Source: an uncultured Flavobacteriales bacterium
GTDB taxonomy: Bacteria; Bacteroidota; Bacteroidia; Flavobacteriales; BACL11
DNA length: 64,000 nt
Reading direction: 5' to 3'
Assembly (NCBI GenBank): GCA_943788405.1
Contig: CALSQD010000002.1
Span: 1,325,701-1,389,700, forward strand
Under the pieces are notes generated by a model. That model saw only the letters and a program-made list of their open reading frames with translations, ran no database searches and was not told the DNA's origin. Below, piece by piece: positions 60,557-64,000 of the stretch. The position numbers were made by a program, and so were the translations under genes. The stretch's first letter is position 1. Each line of letters starts with the position of its first letter.

Positions 60557-60652
60557 TTTTTTTTACAAAAATACTTTTTTTTTATTAATGTATAATTATT
60601 TTTATAAAAAGTTATACATATTTAAATTATATATGTATTTTTGTAAAAAAAA
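60557..60652. promoter_or_regulatory. Mirror-symmetric divergent promoter/operator region
   Basis: Perfect 18-bp inverted arms lie at 60557-60574 and 60635-60652, and each carries TATTTTTG. The concentric inner elements are the palindrome TTTTTATAAAAA (60599-60610) and ATGTATAA-N16-TTATACAT (60588-60619). Confidence 0.6.
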
Positions 60653-60825
60653 TGATGAATAAATTTCTAAGTACCTATTATCCAATATTACTTGCTTTTG
60701 CTTGTATGTTGTATTCTATTGGGTTACATATAATAGGAGACCCAGAAGGAGCGCAGTACACAGCACATTGGCCTGGTACAATTTTACTATTTGCTATAGC
60801 AATAAGACAAAGAAGAAAATCATGA
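60652..60825 (+). CDS. 57-aa two-TM membrane peptide (not in the ORF track)
   Basis: Hand translation gives MMNKFLSTYYPILLAFACMLYSIGLHIIGDPEGAQYTAHWPGTILLFAIAIRQRRKS. It has two hydrophobic helices and a basic tail. The TGA stop overlaps the next ATG (ATGA at 60822-60825). Confidence 0.5.
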   Translation: MMNKFLSTYYPILLAFACMLYSIGLHIIGDPEGAQYTAHWPGTILLFAIAIRQRRKS

Positions 60826-60977
60826 ATTTGAGTATGCTTATAGTAGGATTTGTAATTTTTTCTCTTTATATTATTGGACTTATATATATGATTAATGTAA
60901 GTCATAAAGAACAAGAGCAAGATTTATTAAATGATCCAGAGATTCCTAAAAATTTTAAAGACAAATTAACTAAATAG
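60822..60977 (+). CDS. 51-aa single-TM membrane peptide
   Basis: The sequence is MNLSMLIVGFVIFSLYIIGLIYMINVSHKEQEQDLLNDPEIPKNFKDKLTK. This is the hydrophobic, internally consistent part of the 91-aa ORF-track entry 60702-60977. It is translationally coupled to the preceding ORF. Confidence 0.5.
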   Translation: MNLSMLIVGFVIFSLYIIGLIYMINVSHKEQEQDLLNDPEIPKNFKDKLTK

Positions 60978-61027
60978 TTGTGTTTAATTTAAATGATATC
61001 TTATTATTTAAGATAAATAACTGAATT

Positions 61028-61921
61028 ATGAATTTAGGTTACGCTTGCATTAATATGACTTTGGGAGAACATAAACCCAAAATTACTACTAATCGTAGTA
61101 TGATTAAAAAAACTTTTAAAGAAAAAGGTATTACATACGCATCTGAATTGGCTATTCAAAACTGCAGAGATCTAGTTGAGATAATTAAATGGAATAATAA
61201 GAATGGAATTAACTTCTTTAGGTTAACCTCTGATTTGTTTCCTTGGGCATCTGAGTATAATCTCACAGAGTTACCAAATTACAATCTCATTGAAAATATA
61301 TTAGGTCTTGCCGGAGCACTTTCGAATAAGTGTGGGCAACGTATCACAGCACATCCTGGTCCGTTTAACGTGTTAGTATCTCCTAAGGAACACGTAGTAG
61401 AAAATACTATTGCTGATTTAACTTTACATGGTGAAGTCTTTGATATTTTAGGATTGAGTAGAACTCCTTATAACAAAATCAATATACATTGTAATGGTGT
61501 TTATGGTGATAAGATAGCTGCAATGGATAGGTTCTGTAAGAACTTTGAGAGGCTGCCTGAATCAGTTCAAACTCGTTTAACTGTAGAGAATGATGATAAA
61601 GCAAGTATGTACTCTGTAAAAGATTTAATGTACATTCATGAACGTATTGGTATTCCTATTGTATTTGATTACCACCACCATAAATTTTGTACAGGAGATT
61701 TATCAGAAGAAGAAGCGCTAAAACTTGCAGTGTCTACTTGGGGTGATATAAAGCCTGTAGTTCATTATTCAGAATCTAAAGCATTGCATGAGCGGAATGA
61801 TAAGTTAAAACCTCAGGCTCATTCAGATTATATTAAAGAGATTCCTAATACTTATGCATTAGACTTAGATGTTATGGTAGAGGCAAAAGCTAAAGAACTG
61901 TCTATCATTCCATTTTTATAA
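61028..61921 (+). CDS. uvdE: UV damage endonuclease UvdE
   Basis: 297 aa. All the UvdE TIM-barrel blocks I know are present: LGYACIN, FRLTSDLFPW, AHPGPFNVL, INIHCNG, LTVENDD, IVFDYHHH, VVHYSES, AHSDYI and DVMVEAKAKE. Confidence 0.9.
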   Translation: MNLGYACINMTLGEHKPKITTNRSMIKKTFKEKGITYASELAIQNCRDLVEIIKWNNKNGINFFRLTSDLFPWASEYNLTELPNYNLIENILGLAGALSNKCGQRITAHPGPFNVLVSPKEHVVENTIADLTLHGEVFDILGLSRTPYNKINIHCNGVYGDKIAAMDRFCKNFERLPESVQTRLTVENDDKASMYSVKDLMYIHERIGIPIVFDYHHHKFCTGDLSEEEALKLAVSTWGDIKPVVHYSESKALHERNDKLKPQAHSDYIKEIPNTYALDLDVMVEAKAKELSIIPFL

Positions 61922-61945
61922 TGAAGGAATATTAATAGTTATAAA

Positions 61946-63970
61946 ATGATAAAATTTTTGTGGAAGTATAAATACATCTTCCTTTCACTTATTTCAATGT
62001 TATTATTAGTTTCATTAAATAATTTTAGTGGATTAAAAATTTTTTATGAAAGCGAAAGAATAATTGAATTATCAAATGAGAGCCAAGATATAATTGACAA
62101 GTCTCTAGATGACAAGAATTTAATTTTGCTAGCCATTGAATTTCAAGATTCAGTTAAATATCAAGATTTGTTAGATTTATCTAATGTATCACTAAAGATA
62201 TCTAAATATCAAAACACAAAATCTGTCAAAAGTATTTTTAATGAAAGGGTTTTGATAAAATCAAGTGTCATACCGTTTGCAATAAAGATTCTTAATATTG
62301 ATAATTATGATAAATATAAAACTTCACTTTTAAAAATAAAAAAATACGGAAGTAAATTTGCTGATGATGATTTGCACTCTTTTTTATTCATTATAAAATC
62401 TAAAGGTCTTGAAAGTGATGAACAAAAAAGAGACTACCTTAATAAATTAGAAAAAGAATTTTCACAGAATAATACTAAAGTATATATCACAGGTCAAATA
62501 AAGTCAGAAATTTATATGCAGGACAATGTTACTAAAGAATTGCTTTTATTTATTATTTTAAGTGGTTTCTTATGTAGTTTAGTTTTATATTTTTACTTAG
62601 GAAATATTAAACTAGTTTTAATAAATTTTATCTCAGTTTGTATTTCACTAATCTTCTCATTTAGTCTTTCAAATATATTGTTTGGTGGTATTGAGTTAGT
62701 AATGATACTTATACCAGCAATAGTTTTCATTATCACGATATCAGATTTTATGCATTTACTTAATTCTGACAAATTGTATAAAAACAAATTTAGATCATTT
62801 AAAACTCAGTTAGATAAAATAGGTATGCCTGTATTTATTACATCACTAACTACTGCTATTGGGTTTTTAAGTTTTATGTTCTCATCTTTAATTCCTTTGT
62901 TCAGATTTGGCTTTATTACTACTATTACAATTTTTATCTCTTTGTTTGTAATTGTCATATTGTATTCATTAATTATTAACTTTAACATACATAAGAATAT
63001 TAAAAATAATCATTTTTTAGATGATTTAATATTTTCAATTGTTAATCTTAAAAAATCCTATTCATATATATTACTAGCGTCATTTTTAGTTCTGTCTTTT
63101 TTAGCATTTAATAATTTTAAAGTTAATAATTTTTTAACAGATGAAATTAACAAAAATTCTAATTTGTATTCTGATATTAACTTCTTTGATACAGAGTTTG
63201 GGGGAATAAAACCGGTAACTTTTATTGTGAAAAATGAGAACCCATCATTATCTAGTTTGGATTCACTTAAGGAGATCATTATAAAACATAATTTTGCTAT
63301 TGATTTTTCCTTTAATGATTTTTCAAAACCTGACAATAATGATTATCTTATAAAGGCAAGAAGTAAAGATATAGGCTCAAGTAAATCAGCGGTTATTTTT
63401 GATGATATCCTGTTGAAATCAAAAGATCTTTCGTTAGATTTAGAAATTGCTGGGGTAGGGTTTCTATTTGATAAAATTAGTAATAAAATGACTTTTGAAA
63501 TTATATTTGGTTTAATTGCAGCAGTGATAATAATTGGTCTAGTTTTTGTTTTACTAAATAATTTTAATTGGTATTATTTTCCAATTTCATTAATTCCTAA
63601 TTTATTGCCATTAATGAGTACTATAGGATTTTTGTCAATTTTTGGTTTTTATTTTAGTCTTTCTAATACTTTTATTTTAGCTATTGTCTTCGGTTTAATT
63701 GTTGATGATTCAATTCATATTATTAATGCCTATAGTATGTCTAGAAAGAAAGGGTTAAGTATAAAAGAGTCAATTTCTCATTGCCAAGCTTATACTTTCA
63801 AAGCTGTTATTAAAACATCTGTAGTAATTATATTTACCTTATTCCCGCTGTTGTTTTCAGAATTTAAATCCATAAGTCAATTATCAATAATTACTATTAT
63901 AGCTGCAGTTATAGCATTATTATTTGATATTATTTATCTACCTAAAATGCTAATTAAATATATAAATTAA
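61946..63970 (+). CDS. RND-superfamily (MMPL/HpnN-like) inner-membrane transporter
   Basis: 674 aa with two homologous halves. Each half is one TM helix, an extracytoplasmic loop of 130 to 180 aa and five TM helices. The pattern is SSD-like, and the sequence is extremely rich in I, F, L, N and K. Confidence 0.75.
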   Translation: MIKFLWKYKYIFLSLISMLLLVSLNNFSGLKIFYESERIIELSNESQDIIDKSLDDKNLILLAIEFQDSVKYQDLLDLSNVSLKISKYQNTKSVKSIFNERVLIKSSVIPFAIKILNIDNYDKYKTSLLKIKKYGSKFADDDLHSFLFIIKSKGLESDEQKRDYLNKLEKEFSQNNTKVYITGQIKSEIYMQDNVTKELLLFIILSGFLCSLVLYFYLGNIKLVLINFISVCISLIFSFSLSNILFGGIELVMILIPAIVFIITISDFMHLLNSDKLYKNKFRSFKTQLDKIGMPVFITSLTTAIGFLSFMFSSLIPLFRFGFITTITIFISLFVIVILYSLIINFNIHKNIKNNHFLDDLIFSIVNLKKSYSYILLASFLVLSFLAFNNFKVNNFLTDEINKNSNLYSDINFFDTEFGGIKPVTFIVKNENPSLSSLDSLKEIIIKHNFAIDFSFNDFSKPDNNDYLIKARSKDIGSSKSAVIFDDILLKSKDLSLDLEIAGVGFLFDKISNKMTFEIIFGLIAAVIIIGLVFVLLNNFNWYYFPISLIPNLLPLMSTIGFLSIFGFYFSLSNTFILAIVFGLIVDDSIHIINAYSMSRKKGLSIKESISHCQAYTFKAVIKTSVVIIFTLFPLLFSEFKSISQLSIITIIAAVIALLFDIIYLPKMLIKYIN

Positions 63971-64000
63971 TAGGAGGCTAATGTTGGGGTTATTAACAAG

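Larger units (their letters stand above)
56420..64000. other. AT-rich accessory segment (possible genomic islet; right end beyond the window)
   Basis: Hand counts of single 60-nt lines give 7/60 GC at 62281, 8/60 at 63001 and 12/60 at 59521, against 22/60 at 22081 in actB. uvdE is richer (27/60 at 61321), so the segment is mosaic. The left edge coincides with the truncated gene and a palindrome-rich non-coding stretch. Confidence 0.4.

Noticed and set aside
60588-60619. Half-sites ATGTAT/ATACAT resemble the enterobacterial SOS-box halves CTGTAT/ATACAG, which is tempting because uvdE is next door.
   Set aside because: The half-site spacing is 20 nt rather than 4 nt. The first base differs. 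LexA motifs are clade-specific, so nothing here supports LexA binding.
60702-60821. The N-terminal 40 codons of the 91-aa ORF-track entry (MYVVFYWVTYNRRPRRSAVHSTLAWYNF...).
   Set aside because: This stretch overlaps the better 57-aa ORF (60652-60825) in another frame. It lacks membrane or fold character. The hydrophobic, coherent part begins at the internal ATG 60822.
60678-60920. An 80-aa minus-strand ORF with a Cys-rich tail (…PGQCAVYCAPSGSPIICNPIEYN…). It could be read as a RiPP-like precursor heading the queD-like/folE2/TBDR string.
   Set aside because: It is antisense to two plus-strand small ORFs with clean TM helices and ATGA coupling. Its N-terminal half is low-complexity K/N/Y-rich sequence typical of antisense reading in AT-rich DNA. 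It would also have to be transcribed through the mirrored promoter region. No modifying-enzyme genes are nearby.
1-64000. A check for CRISPR arrays, rRNA or intact tRNA genes, transposases, integrases and known defence-system genes.
   Set aside because: I found no regularly spaced direct repeats. I saw no rRNA-like conserved stretches and no cloverleaf-compatible sequence. No ORF has transposase, integrase, nuclease-helicase or restriction-modification motifs.

Overview
This window is a low-GC Bacteroidota (Flavobacteriia-like) chromosomal segment. Supporting signs are SprA, T9SS C-terminal sorting domains, TAnnTTTG -7 promoter boxes and Alternative Complex III. Positions 1 to about 55,500 are ordinary, mostly conserved housekeeping genes. 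They include the 5' part of sprA, which runs off the window and is therefore missing from the ORF track, followed by ruvA and maeB. Next come two divergent T9SS-sorted secreted proteins and a tightly abutted string made of a tlpA-like gene, outer-membrane proteins and ubiX. After that are ruvB, the six-gene actABCDEF operon, Fe-S maturation genes (nifU-like, mrp/apbC), an MGMT-like protein lacking the acceptor Cys, and trmB. A phosphate super-cluster follows: a phoR/phoB-like pair lies divergent from pstSCAB-phoU, a Na/Pi symporter and a porin. The three plus-strand promoters of that cluster share 11-bp-phased TTAACA repeats in fixed register with identical TATTTTTG boxes. The core region ends with pdxJ, nadK, uppS-bamA-ompH-ompH-murI, a second nifU, a ferredoxin and korAB. 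From about 55.6 kb the character changes. There is a start-less gene remnant and a palindrome-rich non-coding junction. Beyond it lies a very AT-rich locus of two back-to-back gene strings that share a mirror-symmetric 96-nt control region. The minus string is queD-like (non-canonical metal site), folE2 and a TonB-dependent receptor. The plus string is two small membrane ORFs not in the ORF track, then uvdE and an RND/MMPL-type transporter. I consider this divergent locus the best candidate for an undescribed system, with zinc-sparing, pterin export and re-import, or UV/light stress as alternative readings. No rRNA, intact tRNA, CRISPR array or transposase was seen.
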